Assembly (NCBI GenBank): GCA_963849495.1
Contig: CAWKHN010000009.1
Span: 207,305-271,304 of the forward strand
Reading direction: 5' to 3'
From: an uncultured Chloroflexia bacterium
GTDB taxonomy: Bacteria > Chloroflexota > Limnocylindria > Limnocylindrales > CSP1-4
DNA length: 64,000 bases
In this document: positions 19,399 to 28,989 of the stretch, piece by piece
Layout of the letters: the number at the start of each line of letters is the position of its first letter
Numbering within the stretch: position 1 is the first letter of the stretch
Notes under the pieces: generated by a model
Database searches by the model: none
The model's input: only the letters and a program-made list of their open reading frames with translations
What the model was told of the DNA's origin: nothing
Program-made: the position numbers and the translations under genes

Positions 19399-19437
19399 CG
19401 GCCTGACCCCCTCGGTCGGCCAAGCAGAAACCGAGGG
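19388..19437 (+). terminator. Weak hairpin after the sigma gene; part of a 30-nt dispersed repeat
   Basis: 7-bp stem ccctcgg/ccgaggg with a 15-nt loop and no T-tract. The 30-nt sequence 19388..19417 recurs identically at 54486..54515. Confidence 0.3.
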
Positions 19438-19842
19438 CCGCCGCCCGCACGCTTACCGGATGACGTCGCGCCGGTCCGGTCCAAATCGACTCCCGGGTCC
19501 CCCTGACGGGTACGTCCGCGCCGTCAACACCTGCTCAGCGGCTGCCCGGTGAGCGGGATCGAGCTCGTCCTCGCGTTCCTGGCCGGCGTCGTCATGGGCG
19601 GAGCTCTGGACCGCTTCGTGCTCCCGCTGCTCGTCGATGTCTGGATCGACCGCCTGCGCCGGCCTGGGCGATGAGCACCGTGGTTTCGCAGGCGATCCGC
19701 GTGCCATCCTTCAAGGTGAGGAACTGTCGCATGTCTCCCTCCCTGTCGGGATCGACCCATCAAATTGCGCCGACCAGTTGACGATTAGGCAGCGGAAACG
19801 TCGCGACTGCGGGCGGCTCCAGTTCGACGTTCGCCGGGCACG

Positions 19843-21351
19843 CTAGGAGATCGTCCGGAGCGCCGGCCACATCACGGACCAGGGCTGGCGGAGCCCGGTG
19901 CACACGGAGACGGCCGTCCCCTGCTCGCCGTTCTCGATCCCGAGCCCGTTGTCGATGGTCGCGACGTCGCGGCACCCGGTGAAGTAGTCGCCGTAGTCCG
20001 TCGGTCGCCAGTCGCCGACGTGGATGACGACGGTGCGATCGTCAGGTGGTGGCCCCCACGACCAGTAGCTGTTGTGGCCCGAGTAGATCGGGGGCAGCCC
20101 TGTGCCGAGCAGGATGAGCGCGCTCGCCTCGCTGTAGTCGTTGGCCAGGATCACGGCACGCGCGCGCTCGTCGGCGGGCAGCGACGCCACCACCTGCTCC
20201 ACCGTCGCCACGAACTGGGGCCAGCCGACCTGGTTGGCGGTGTCGGGGACGGTCGCCGGGAGCGACGTAGTCGCGTATGTGGCGAGGGGCAGGATCGGCA
20301 GCGTGAGCAGCACGATCAGCGAGCTCGACAGCACGGCAGCGACGGCGAAGCTGAGGGCCTTGAGGCGGGGGTGGCCGGGGGCGGCCAGCCAGCGATCGAG
20401 AACGACGCCGCCAGCGGCCATGCACACGGACACGGTCCCGATCGCGTAGTAGGCCTTGCCCCCGCTGACGAACACGAGCATCAGCGCGACGATGCCGGCG
20501 ATCCCGATCGCACGCCAGGGCGCGGCGGCCCTCGCGAACAGCAGCCAGGCCAGGCCCGCGGCGCTGAGCGGGAACAGCAGCGGCCCGGTGAACAGCCACA
20601 GGAGCGGCACGACCTGCGCGCGGTTGTCGGCCGCGTACCCGGCGATCTGGGACGCCATCGTGAGCTGCGGCCAGCCGTTCGCCGCCTGCCAGGCGAGGTT
20701 GGGCGCCCAGAGCAGGAGCGCGATCCCGATCGCCCCCCAGGCCCACGGCGAGCGCACAACGTCCCAGCGCCGGGCGAGGACGAGTCCCACCGCCAGCCCC
20801 GCGCCCAGGAACAGCAGGGTGTCCTTGTTCTCCAGGCCGATCCCGGTCGTCACGCCCACGCCCAGCCACAGGCGCCGGTCGCCGCCCGCGAGGAGCTTGA
20901 CCAGCAGCCACAGCACGATCGTCCAGGCGAGCAGGTCGGGCTCGGTGGTGGTGTCGAGATGCCCGGCCCCGAGGTAGCCGGACAGGGCGGCCGTGATTGC
21001 CGCCAGGACCTGGGCCCGTCGCGATCCGCCGAGGTCGCACGCCATCAGTGCGATCAGGACCACGATCAGTGCCATCTCGAGGGCGGGCAGCACGCGCACA
21101 GCCGTCGGCGAGACCCCGAGCACCGCCACCGACGCGGCGGACAGCAGCGGGGTGAGCGGCGGCTGGTCCACGTAGCCGAAGGCAGGGTGCTGCCCCGCCA
21201 CGACGAAGTACATCTCGTCGCCGTGGAAGCCGTACTGGCCCGACACGGCCAGCAACAGTGCGACCATGAGGCCGGCGACCACGAGCACCGGCCAGGGGAT
21301 GTCGAGCGACCCGAGGCGATGACCGGACGGATTCGCGTCCGAAGTCGTCAC
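19843..21351 (-). CDS. GT-C fold glycosyltransferase (family 39 / ArnT-PMT-like)
   Basis: 502 aa with about 11 TM. N-terminal-loop DE motif (FHGDEMYF). Periplasmic C-terminal domain. Confidence 0.8.
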   Translation of the reverse strand: MTTSDANPSGHRLGSLDIPWPVLVVAGLMVALLLAVSGQYGFHGDEMYFVVAGQHPAFGYVDQPPLTPLLSAASVAVLGVSPTAVRVLPALEMALIVVLIALMACDLGGSRRAQVLAAITAALSGYLGAGHLDTTTEPDLLAWTIVLWLLVKLLAGGDRRLWLGVGVTTGIGLENKDTLLFLGAGLAVGLVLARRWDVVRSPWAWGAIGIALLLWAPNLAWQAANGWPQLTMASQIAGYAADNRAQVVPLLWLFTGPLLFPLSAAGLAWLLFARAAAPWRAIGIAGIVALMLVFVSGGKAYYAIGTVSVCMAAGGVVLDRWLAAPGHPRLKALSFAVAAVLSSSLIVLLTLPILPLATYATTSLPATVPDTANQVGWPQFVATVEQVVASLPADERARAVILANDYSEASALILLGTGLPPIYSGHNSYWSWGPPPDDRTVVIHVGDWRPTDYGDYFTGCRDVATIDNGLGIENGEQGTAVSVCTGLRQPWSVMWPALRTIS

Positions 21352-21364
21352 GCTTCGAGCCGGG

Positions 21365-21643
21365 TCACGCCTGGTCGAGCAGTTCGTAGGTCACCTTGAA
21401 CCAGGTGATGCCGAGCAGTGGGATGCCGTACTCGCCGGAGGCCACGACCCGGTAGCCCCGTTTGGCCATCGCGACGGCGTCGTCCTCCATGTCCCGGGCC
21501 GCGGATTCCCGCCAGCCGTTCATGCCCCGGGACGCCATGAGGAACGCAAATGGGAGGCTGAGGAGGCCAAGGAGGCTGCCACGGCTGTACGTCTTGACGA
21601 CGACGCCGCGGCGTTTGCCCTTCTCGACCACGCCCATCGTCAA
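21365..21643 (-). CDS. Hypothetical protein (92 aa)
   Basis: Track ORF. Its 5' third plus upstream region is duplicated at about 55990..56165 (truncated copy). Confidence 0.4.
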   Translation of the reverse strand: MTMGVVEKGKRRGVVVKTYSRGSLLGLLSLPFAFLMASRGMNGWRESAARDMEDDAVAMAKRGYRVVASGEYGIPLLGITWFKVTYELLDQA

Positions 21644-21787
21644 CGCTTCCCGCCGTGTGTCGTCAATCTGCGATCCGTCATGGTCCGCGTTTCCGGAACC
21701 CGGATCGCAGTCATTGTGGCTCTGGGCTGCATTTGTTGTCAGAAGGGCCAGGCGCGGCGGGCCCGTTCACGCGGACCTGCGTCAACT

Positions 21788-21925
21788 GATCGTCCGGAGC
21801 TCCGGCCACATCACGGATCACGGCTGACGCAGGCCGATGTGGACGGAGACGACCGTGCCCCGCTCGGCCACGACGAGCACCGGCCAGGGGACGGCGAGCG
21901 ACCGGATGGGATGGACGGACGGTGT
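21788..21925 (-). pseudogene. Remnant of a second GT39-type glycosyltransferase (N-terminus fused to C-terminus by internal deletion)
   Basis: 21788..21870 matches the 3' end of the intact gene (19843..19925; ...SVCTGLRQPW...). 21870..21925 matches its 5' end (PWPVLVVA). Confidence 0.5.
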
Positions 21926-21951
21926 GGCGGGCGGCGTCGTCGAAACCCGAA

Positions 21952-22674
21952 TCACCTCGAGCCGGTGACAAGGCGCTCCCGGTCGAACAGGCGCGACGTG
22001 ATCCGCCACCCGAGTCCGTCCAGGACGAGCAAGACGACCGCGAAGCCGACGGCAAGGCCGGGCGTCGGCGGAATGACGTTGAGCGCGACGAGCACCACCA
22101 GGAAAACCGACGGCAGGCTCGCCAGGACGCTGAGCTGCTGCGCGACCCTGATGTCGCTTGATCGGGCGGAGATCGCGATGCCGACCCAGATCGACCACAC
22201 CGCCAGGAGCGGGGTGAACAGCACCTGGGCGAGCAGGTCGGGCACCTGGATCAATGCCGAGGCGATGGTCGGTTGCGCGAGGAGTCCGATACAGGCGAGG
22301 AAGAGGGCGAAGACCACGTAGGCGACGGCGAGCGACGGCAATAGGGCCGCCAGCGCCTTGCCGAGCAGGAACTCCTCACGCGGGATCGGCGTGGTGAGGA
22401 CCGGCTCGAGGGTCCCCTGCTGGCGCTCGCCGACCACCGCGTACGCGGCGATGAAGACCGGCACCAGCGCCGGGATCCCGAGCAGGTAGAGGAGAACGTG
22501 CTCGTGCGCGAGCTGGCCCGATGCCGACGCGGGCAGGGTGAACACGACGATGAGCGGCTGGACGCAGAAGATCAGCGGGAAGATGGCCATCGACCAGATG
22601 AGGGAGCGGTTGCGGCGGTACTCACGGAGCTCCTTGCGGACGATGGCCCGGACCCGCCGCATGTTGATGCTCAC
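21952..22674 (-). CDS. ABC-2 type transporter permease
   Basis: 240 aa, 6 TM. Overlaps the upstream ATPase. Confidence 0.8.
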   Translation of the reverse strand: MSINMRRVRAIVRKELREYRRNRSLIWSMAIFPLIFCVQPLIVVFTLPASASGQLAHEHVLLYLLGIPALVPVFIAAYAVVGERQQGTLEPVLTTPIPREEFLLGKALAALLPSLAVAYVVFALFLACIGLLAQPTIASALIQVPDLLAQVLFTPLLAVWSIWVGIAISARSSDIRVAQQLSVLASLPSVFLVVLVALNVIPPTPGLAVGFAVVLLVLDGLGWRITSRLFDRERLVTGSR

Positions 22675-23648
22675 CGCGTGGCCTCCACGTCCTGGTCGAT
22701 CAGCTCGAGGTAGACGTCCTCCAGCGAGTGGTGCGACTCGCTGATCGAGAGCACGTCGGCAGAGGCAGATACCAGCGCCCGGGTGACGGCCGGCGCGGCG
22801 AGCTCCGGGTCTGACACCGCGAGGACGTAGTCGCTGCCGTCCGGGCGCCAGCTGTCGACGGCCGGCAGACCACCGAACACGTCGCCGGGTGCAGGGAGTG
22901 GGGCGAGAGTCCTGACCGTGAGGGTCTTGGCGAACAGCTGGTCGCGCAGCTCGCTGGGCCGGCCGATCGACCGCAAGGTCGTATTGAGGATGGCGACGCG
23001 GTCACACAGGCGCTCCGCCTCCTCGAGCCGATGGGTCGTGAGGAAGATGGTGACGCCCTGCTTGCGAAGGCCATCGATGAGGTCGTGGACCTCCCGCGCG
23101 GCAACCGGGTCGAGGCCCGATGTCGGCTCGTCGAGGAACAGCACCTCCGGATCGTTGAGCAGGGCCCTCGCGAGGGCGACGCGCTGGCGGAGCCCCTTCG
23201 ACAGCGTGCTGCCGGCATCCCGGGCGCGATCGGTGAGATGGACCGCTCGGAGCGCACGCTCGATGCGATCGCGCGGGTCGGCCACCTCGTACAGGTCGGC
23301 AAAGCACTCGAGGTTCTCGAACACGCTGAGGTGCAGGTACAGGCCCGGTGTCTCCGGCATGATCGAGATCCGTCGGCGGATCTCGGCGCCGTTCTCCGGG
23401 GTCAACGGATAGCCCGCGACCGTGGCCGAGCCGGACGTCGGTGCGATGAGGCTGCCGAGCGTCCGCACCGTCGTCGTCTTGCCGGCGCCGTTGGGGCCGA
23501 GGAACCCGAACACCTCACCGCGCCCGACCTCGAACGAGACATCGTCAAAAGCGACGCGGTCGCCGAATCGCCTGGACAGGTGCTCGACCGATAGCGCGGG
23601 GCCGCGGCGCTCACTGCCTGACGAAGGCAGGGCGTGCCCGCTGCTCAT
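22671..23648 (-). CDS. ABC transporter ATP-binding protein
   Basis: ATG at 23648 (MSSGHAL...). Walker A GPNGAGKTTT, signature LSKGLRQR, Walker B LFLDEP. The upstream part of the 541-aa track ORF is an artefact. Confidence 0.9.
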   Translation of the reverse strand: MSSGHALPSSGSERRGPALSVEHLSRRFGDRVAFDDVSFEVGRGEVFGFLGPNGAGKTTTVRTLGSLIAPTSGSATVAGYPLTPENGAEIRRRISIMPETPGLYLHLSVFENLECFADLYEVADPRDRIERALRAVHLTDRARDAGSTLSKGLRQRVALARALLNDPEVLFLDEPTSGLDPVAAREVHDLIDGLRKQGVTIFLTTHRLEEAERLCDRVAILNTTLRSIGRPSELRDQLFAKTLTVRTLAPLPAPGDVFGGLPAVDSWRPDGSDYVLAVSDPELAAPAVTRALVSASADVLSISESHHSLEDVYLELIDQDVEATR

Positions 23649-24334
23649 GGAGCGGGTGTCCGGAGCGATGGGTCGCGGTTCGACCGGCGGCCGACGCGCA
23701 CTCGTCCAAGCCTGCCGAACTCCTTCGGAAAGACGAGCACGACGGTCGCGAGCTGAACGAGGCAGAGGGCAGTCCCGATGGCCAGGTCTGCCTGGGCGGA
23801 CATCGCCGAGCCCTGGGCCAGGCCGTTGAAGAGGCCGTAGACGTTCACGCCGAGGAAGACCACGAGCATGACCCTCGCCGAGCGATGCCGGCGGCCGATC
23901 GCCCAGGCCAGCCCAAGCCAGACCGCCGCGGCCACAGTCGCTGCGAGCGCCACCTGTTCGAGCTGATCTGCGACGACCGCACTCCATTGGGCGTCCGTAT
24001 ACCGAAGGCTCCGGCTGACCTCGCTCGTACGGATGTCGCCCGCGGTCGCGAGGATCGTGATCGCAGCCACCAGCTCCAGTACCGCACCGAGATACAGCAG
24101 CCGGACCGCCTTGGATGCGGAGCGCTCCGACCGTGAGAGAGTCGGCCTCAGACGCATCCGGAGCCCGTTGCTCATCAGGTCCAGGCACTCCATCGGCCCG
24201 GGGTGGCGCTGGCCATCTCGAGCGATCGCCATGAGCACCGCAAGGATCTCTGCCTCGTGCTCGCGGCGGAACGACGTCGGATACCACGTGAGCCACCGGC
24301 GGTAACGTCGCTCCAGGTCGTCGACGTCGGTCAC
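23645..24334 (-). CDS. PadR-associated membrane protein
   Basis: 229 aa. N-terminal cytoplasmic helix (MTDVDDLERRYRRWL...REHEAEILAVL) followed by 4-5 TM. Start overlaps the PadR stop. Confidence 0.6.
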   Translation of the reverse strand: MTDVDDLERRYRRWLTWYPTSFRREHEAEILAVLMAIARDGQRHPGPMECLDLMSNGLRMRLRPTLSRSERSASKAVRLLYLGAVLELVAAITILATAGDIRTSEVSRSLRYTDAQWSAVVADQLEQVALAATVAAAVWLGLAWAIGRRHRSARVMLVVFLGVNVYGLFNGLAQGSAMSAQADLAIGTALCLVQLATVVLVFPKEFGRLGRVRVGRRSNRDPSLRTPAP

Positions 24335-24666
24335 TCAGCGCTGCCCCTCGTCACGTCGAGTCGCGCGAGCGCGATCGCCGCGTTGGATTGGATCCGCGTC
24401 GCCTCGGTGGCCAACTGGCTTGTGCCATCAGGTGTGAGCCGGTAATACCGGCGCAGGCGACTCTCGACGATCTCTTCCCGGTCGATCGTGATCCACCCGT
24501 CGAGCCGCAGACGGTCCAATGCGGCGTACAGAGTCCCGGCGCGCAACTGCACGCGTCCCTCCGAGATCCTGGCGACGTCGGAGATGATCCCGTAGCCGTG
24601 CTGGCTGCCCGCAGCCAGCGCCGTGAGGATCAGGAAGGTCGCCTGCTGCATCGTCCGCCTGGGCAT
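24331..24666 (-). CDS. PadR-family transcriptional regulator
   Basis: Winged-helix motif HGYGIISDV...RAGTLYAALDRLRLDGWI. ATG 24666. A palindromic GCAGT-N12-ACTGC AT-rich element sits immediately upstream. Confidence 0.8.
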   Translation of the reverse strand: MPRRTMQQATFLILTALAAGSQHGYGIISDVARISEGRVQLRAGTLYAALDRLRLDGWITIDREEIVESRLRRYYRLTPDGTSQLATEATRIQSNAAIALARLDVTRGSAE

Positions 24667-24798
24667 GTCGGCAGTATATATCGATGAACTGCCTACTCGT
24701 TCTTGGGCGACGAGGAGGTCAGCGCGCAGCAATCGTTGGGCCTCCGCGCGAGCGTTTCATCACGCGCTCACCCGACCAGACCGTGATCCGGGGCTGGC

Positions 24799-25995
24799 TT
24801 ACCGCGCTGACCGCGCGCTCCGCGCCGAGCCGACGACCCCCGCCTCGTACGCCGTGAGCAGGTCGAACAGCTCGGTCGCCGCGTACTGCCGGTCGTAGGT
24901 CCCCGCGCTCAGCTGGCGAATGACACCAGCCTCGGCCAGCGCCTTGAGCGCGGCGAGCGTCTGCTGCTGGCTCACGCCGATCGCCGCACGGGCGGTCGGC
25001 GCCGAGAGCACCGGCAGGGCGGGCAGCAGCGCGATGAGCTTGCTCGCCGCGGATCCGGCCCGCGGCCTGCCCGCGCGCTCGCGCCACGCAGCCTGTAGGA
25101 CGGCGACCTGGTCCGCGAGCTCGATCGACGCGGCCGCCGCGCGGGCGGCGGCGGTCGCGAACGAGCCGATCCAGTCCGCCACGTGCCCCTCACGGAACGC
25201 AACCAGCCCCTCAACGTAGGCGGTGGTACGGGCTGCCAGGACGATGCTCACGGGCGGGACGAAGCGAGCGGCGGCGCCGCGCCGCCGCAGGACGACGTGC
25301 ACGAGCGCCCTGCCCACGCGGCCATTGCCGTCGATGAATGGGTGGATGGTCTCGAATTGGGCGTGGGCCACGGCCGCCTGCGCCACCGCGGGGAGGTCGT
25401 CCCGGGCGACGAAGGCGACGAGGTCCGCGAGCAGCGGCACGACGAAGTCCTCCGGCGGCGGCACGAAGGTCGCGTCGGACGGATTCCCGAGCCGGCCCCC
25501 GATCCAGTTCTGCTCCTCCCGCACGCGGCCTGGCTTCGCCCGCTCGTCGCCCGTCATGAGCACCGCGTGGATTGCCAGCAGGTCGTCCACGGTCACCGGC
25601 TCGGTGCGGTCCCCGACTGCGATTGCCTCCTCCATCGCGGACACGTTCGCCGCGACGATCCTGGCGCTTCCTCGCGCTGCCCGAGGGTCGATGAGCGCCC
25701 TGGCCAGGTTGAGCGAGGAGACGTCGTAGCCCTCGATCCGAGATGACGCCACGGCCTCCGACCGCAGGAGCAGCGGGCCGATTGCCTCCAGGCCGCCTAC
25801 CGAGGCGCGATCGTTGAGCGCCCGGATCGCCGCCTCGGCATCGGCTGTGAGATCGGCGACCTCGAACGGGACCACGGGGCTGAGCGCCGCGATCTCGTCA
25901 GGGACGAATGCCTGGTACCGGAACGAGGCACGCGCCCGGCGCCCGCCCATCGCGCCAGGGTCTCCTTCCCAGGTCCGCTCGACGGTCCTCGGCAT
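24799..25995 (-). CDS. Fic/DOC family protein (class II, intramolecular inhibitory helix)
   Basis: Fic motif HPFIDGNGRVGR. N-terminal inhibitory motif SSRIEG ([ST]xxxE[GN]). C-terminal wHTH-like region. 398 aa. Confidence 0.85.
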   Translation of the reverse strand: MPRTVERTWEGDPGAMGGRRARASFRYQAFVPDEIAALSPVVPFEVADLTADAEAAIRALNDRASVGGLEAIGPLLLRSEAVASSRIEGYDVSSLNLARALIDPRAARGSARIVAANVSAMEEAIAVGDRTEPVTVDDLLAIHAVLMTGDERAKPGRVREEQNWIGGRLGNPSDATFVPPPEDFVVPLLADLVAFVARDDLPAVAQAAVAHAQFETIHPFIDGNGRVGRALVHVVLRRRGAAARFVPPVSIVLAARTTAYVEGLVAFREGHVADWIGSFATAAARAAAASIELADQVAVLQAAWRERAGRPRAGSAASKLIALLPALPVLSAPTARAAIGVSQQQTLAALKALAEAGVIRQLSAGTYDRQYAATELFDLLTAYEAGVVGSARSARSAR

Positions 25996-26452
25996 ACGGC
26001 CTCCGGCTACAACCCTTCAATCTCTCGGCATGAATGAAGGGATGAGCCAAGGATGTGCTGCTAACCCTTCAATGTCAACCGAAGATCCAACGGTAGCGGC
26101 GGGAGCAGCCGCACCATTGAGTCGCCCGGTGTCCGTCCTCGCGGCGTTCGTCGCGACTGGCGGTTCCGTTCCTGAGGCGGCGGCGCGCGTGGGCGTCTCC
26201 AGTCTCTGACGGATGGGCAGCTGCGCCTAGGGTCAACCGGATGGGAAGCCGGGTGTGGAGCGCCCTTGACAATTAGAAGCCAGTAGGCTACTATTGCCCC
26301 TGCACGCGTGGACGAGGCGACGCGAGCCCACGCCGATCGCGACCGCATCTTGGTTGCGCGGCCGCCCATCGGCCCCCAGGTGCCGCCCTCGTCGTCCGCC
26401 CGCGACCCATTCCATGCGCGACCGTGCGTCGCGTCCCGCCATGGAGGTTGCG

Positions 26453-27157
26453 ATGGCCACGACCAACTATGAGCACGCCCGCCTCAGCAGGGCGGCGCTC
26501 GATACCCGAGCGATCCCGATGGCGGTGCCAATCCTGACCGCGATCTCCCTGGTTGCCGCCGGGGTCCTGTTCGTCGCGTACCCGGCCCTTCGGCCGTTCT
26601 CTTCGGAGACCGGACTCGAGGGTGCGCAGGCCTTTGCCTCGACCAACTGGATCATTGCCCACTCGTTCGCGATGGCCGGGTTCATCCTGCTCGGCCTCGC
26701 ACTGCTCGGCGTCTGCGAGCGGCTGCGCGGGACGAAAGGCGAGCGCCCTGCGAGCTGGGGCATGGTTCTCAGCTGGATCGGCATCGGGCTGACCCTGCCG
26801 TATTACGGCGCCGAAGTCTTCGGCCTGCACGCGGTCGGGCAGGCCGTCGTCGACCGCAACAATCCGGACCTCATGTCGATCGTCAACAACATCCGCTGGG
26901 AGGTCGGGATCTTCTGGATCCTGGCCGGCCTCGCCGCGCTCGGCGTCGGCGTCCTCCTGTTCGCGATCGCGATCTGGCGCTCGGGGCGTCTGTCGAGGTG
27001 GTCGGGGATCGTCCTGGCTGTCGCGTTCGCTCTCTACATCCCGCAGTTCGCTGCCGGCCAGCCACTCCGCGTCGCCCACGGCGTCCTGATCCTCATCGGC
27101 AGCTTGCTCCTCGCGTGGGCGATCTGGCCGCGAGCGGGCGAGGGGGCCAGCACATGA
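26453..27157 (+). CDS. Hypothetical integral membrane protein (about 6 TM)
   Basis: ATG 26453 with GGAGG SD 5 nt upstream. Confidence 0.55.
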   Translation: MATTNYEHARLSRAALDTRAIPMAVPILTAISLVAAGVLFVAYPALRPFSSETGLEGAQAFASTNWIIAHSFAMAGFILLGLALLGVCERLRGTKGERPASWGMVLSWIGIGLTLPYYGAEVFGLHAVGQAVVDRNNPDLMSIVNNIRWEVGIFWILAGLAALGVGVLLFAIAIWRSGRLSRWSGIVLAVAFALYIPQFAAGQPLRVAHGVLILIGSLLLAWAIWPRAGEGAST

Positions 27158-27924
27158 AGATCGCGGATCGTATCCACCGCATCGGCGACGACCCACGGGT
27201 CAACGCCTACCTGGTCGAAGAGGCCGGGGAGGTGACGATCATCGACGCCGCGATGCCCGGCTTCTATGACGACATCCCCAAGGAGCTCGCAGCGATGGGC
27301 CGCAGCATCGGCGACGTGCGCGCCGTGGTGCTGACCCACGGCCACTCCGACCACCTGGGCTTCGCCGAGCGGGTGCGAACCGAGCGCAAGGCCCCGGTCT
27401 GGATCCACGAGGCCGACGCCCGCCTGGCACGCGCCGAGGAGGACCCGAACAACCCGATGGGCAAGATCCGCCTTGCGCCGCTGCTCGGCTTCCTGTGGCT
27501 GGCCCTGCGCAACGGCGGACTGAAGCGGCCGGTCGTCAAGGTCGTCTCCACCTACGGCGACGGGGCCACGCTCGATGTGCCGGGCAGCCCACGCGTCACG
27601 CTGGTCCCAGGCCACACCCCCGGGAGTGCTGCGCTCGAGGCCCCCAGCCTGGATGCCCTCTTCGTCGGCGACGCGTTCGCGACCTACTCGGTCACGGACG
27701 GCGGACACGGCCCGCGGATCGCGCCGTTCACGGCCGACCGCAGGCAGGCGGTCGAGTCGCTTTCCCGAATCGCCGACAGCTCGGCGGGCATCGTGCTTCC
27801 CGGCCATGGTCAGCCCTGGATGCAGGGCATGGCCGAGGCCGTCCGGCAGGTGCAGGCGTCTGCACCGGACGGCGCGCGGCCGTATGAGCTCGAACAGCCG
27901 ACAACCCGCACCGCAGCACGGTGA
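27154..27924 (+). CDS. MBL-fold metallo-hydrolase
   Basis: THGHSDH motif. ATGA overlap with the upstream gene. Confidence 0.85.
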   Translation: MKIADRIHRIGDDPRVNAYLVEEAGEVTIIDAAMPGFYDDIPKELAAMGRSIGDVRAVVLTHGHSDHLGFAERVRTERKAPVWIHEADARLARAEEDPNNPMGKIRLAPLLGFLWLALRNGGLKRPVVKVVSTYGDGATLDVPGSPRVTLVPGHTPGSAALEAPSLDALFVGDAFATYSVTDGGHGPRIAPFTADRRQAVESLSRIADSSAGIVLPGHGQPWMQGMAEAVRQVQASAPDGARPYELEQPTTRTAAR

Positions 27925-28462
27925 GCTCGCCGAGCACGATCCAGGCAGCCCTCCCGGCATGGCACGACTACTTCGTCGCCTCCGCCGGGGCGGCGGCGGT
28001 GCTCCTGGGCCTGACGTTCGTCGGGCTGACGATCCACGTAGAGCGCCGAGGCCTGGACGGCCTCCGCCGGGCCTCTCAATCGGCTCCGCGACGAGCCTGC
28101 TCTACGCCCTGTTCGCCTCGCTGCTCATGCTCGAGCCGGACGGCGTTCCGTACGTGCAGGCAGTCGGGCTCGTGCTGATCGGGCTGTTCGGGTTCATCTC
28201 GGCCGAGGCAGCGCTCGCGAACGCGCGCCGGGGCGGGCTCACCCGAGCCCGGCTCATCTTCCAGTTCGTGCTGCCGGGGATCGCAATCGGGCTGCTCCTG
28301 CTGGCGGGGATCGCCCTCGCCTTCGAGTACGAGCCGGCCGTGTGGGGAGCCGCGACCGTCGTCTTGCTGCTCATCACGTCGGGCACCCAGAGCGCCTGGG
28401 ATCTCCTGTTCAGCTTCGCGCCCGCGGATCACGAGGCGAACGCACAGGGAGGAACCAAGTGA
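27921..28462 (+). pseudogene. Membrane protein with apparent +1/-1 frameshift near 28070
   Basis: N-terminal part in track ORF 27921..28178 and remainder in 27575..28462. Frame change at the GC homopolymer ccgccgggcc. Confidence 0.35.
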
Positions 28463-28863
28463 CGAGACACAAGCGCATCTCGATCGTCATCACCACCGTC
28501 TTCGGCTTCACCTATGTCATGGCCAATACGGGGACGCTGCCCGCGACGGCCGCCACCGCGATCCGCGCGATCGGCATCATCGCCGCCATCGGTCTGCTGG
28601 TGTCGCTCCCGCGTCCCGACATGCCCGACCAGCCGGGCCTCGGCTTCAGCCGCGACTACTGGCTGATCGTGGCGGCTGAGATCGTCGTTGGGCTCGGCGG
28701 CTTGGCCGTGCTCAACAGCGTGTTCGGCATCCACGATGCCTCGATCGCCTGGATCTCGCTGGTCGTCGGCGTGCATTTCTTCGGCTTCTACGTGATCTGG
28801 AGCCTGCCCGTCATGGTCTGGATCGGGGCAGCGATCACCCTATGCGGCGCAGCCTGGGCCTGA
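28459..28863 (+). CDS. Hypothetical small membrane protein (134 aa)
   Basis: GTG 28459 with GGAGGAA SD. GTGA overlap with the upstream gene. 4 TM. Confidence 0.45.
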   Translation: MTRHKRISIVITTVFGFTYVMANTGTLPATAATAIRAIGIIAAIGLLVSLPRPDMPDQPGLGFSRDYWLIVAAEIVVGLGGLAVLNSVFGIHDASIAWISLVVGVHFFGFYVIWSLPVMVWIGAAITLCGAAWA

Positions 28864-28989
28864 TCGCGGCCGGTCTCGACCGGTCGGCGGCCCTGATCGC
28901 GGTCGTGGCCGGGGTCGTGCCAGGCGCCGTCCTGCTCGCCGGTGGCTACTGGAGTCGCTTCCATCGACTGCCCGATCGAACGGCGACCC

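Noticed and set aside
19548-19673. 41-aa hydrophobic ORF right after the sigma gene (possible anti-sigma-like peptide)
   Set aside because: Too short and has no SD. ECF42-type sigmas are not known to use anti-sigma factors. Left as a note only.
20020-21399. 459-aa + ORF and 332-aa minus ORF 20042..21040
   Set aside because: Off-frame or antisense of the GT39 membrane protein. Arg/Gly/Pro-rich.
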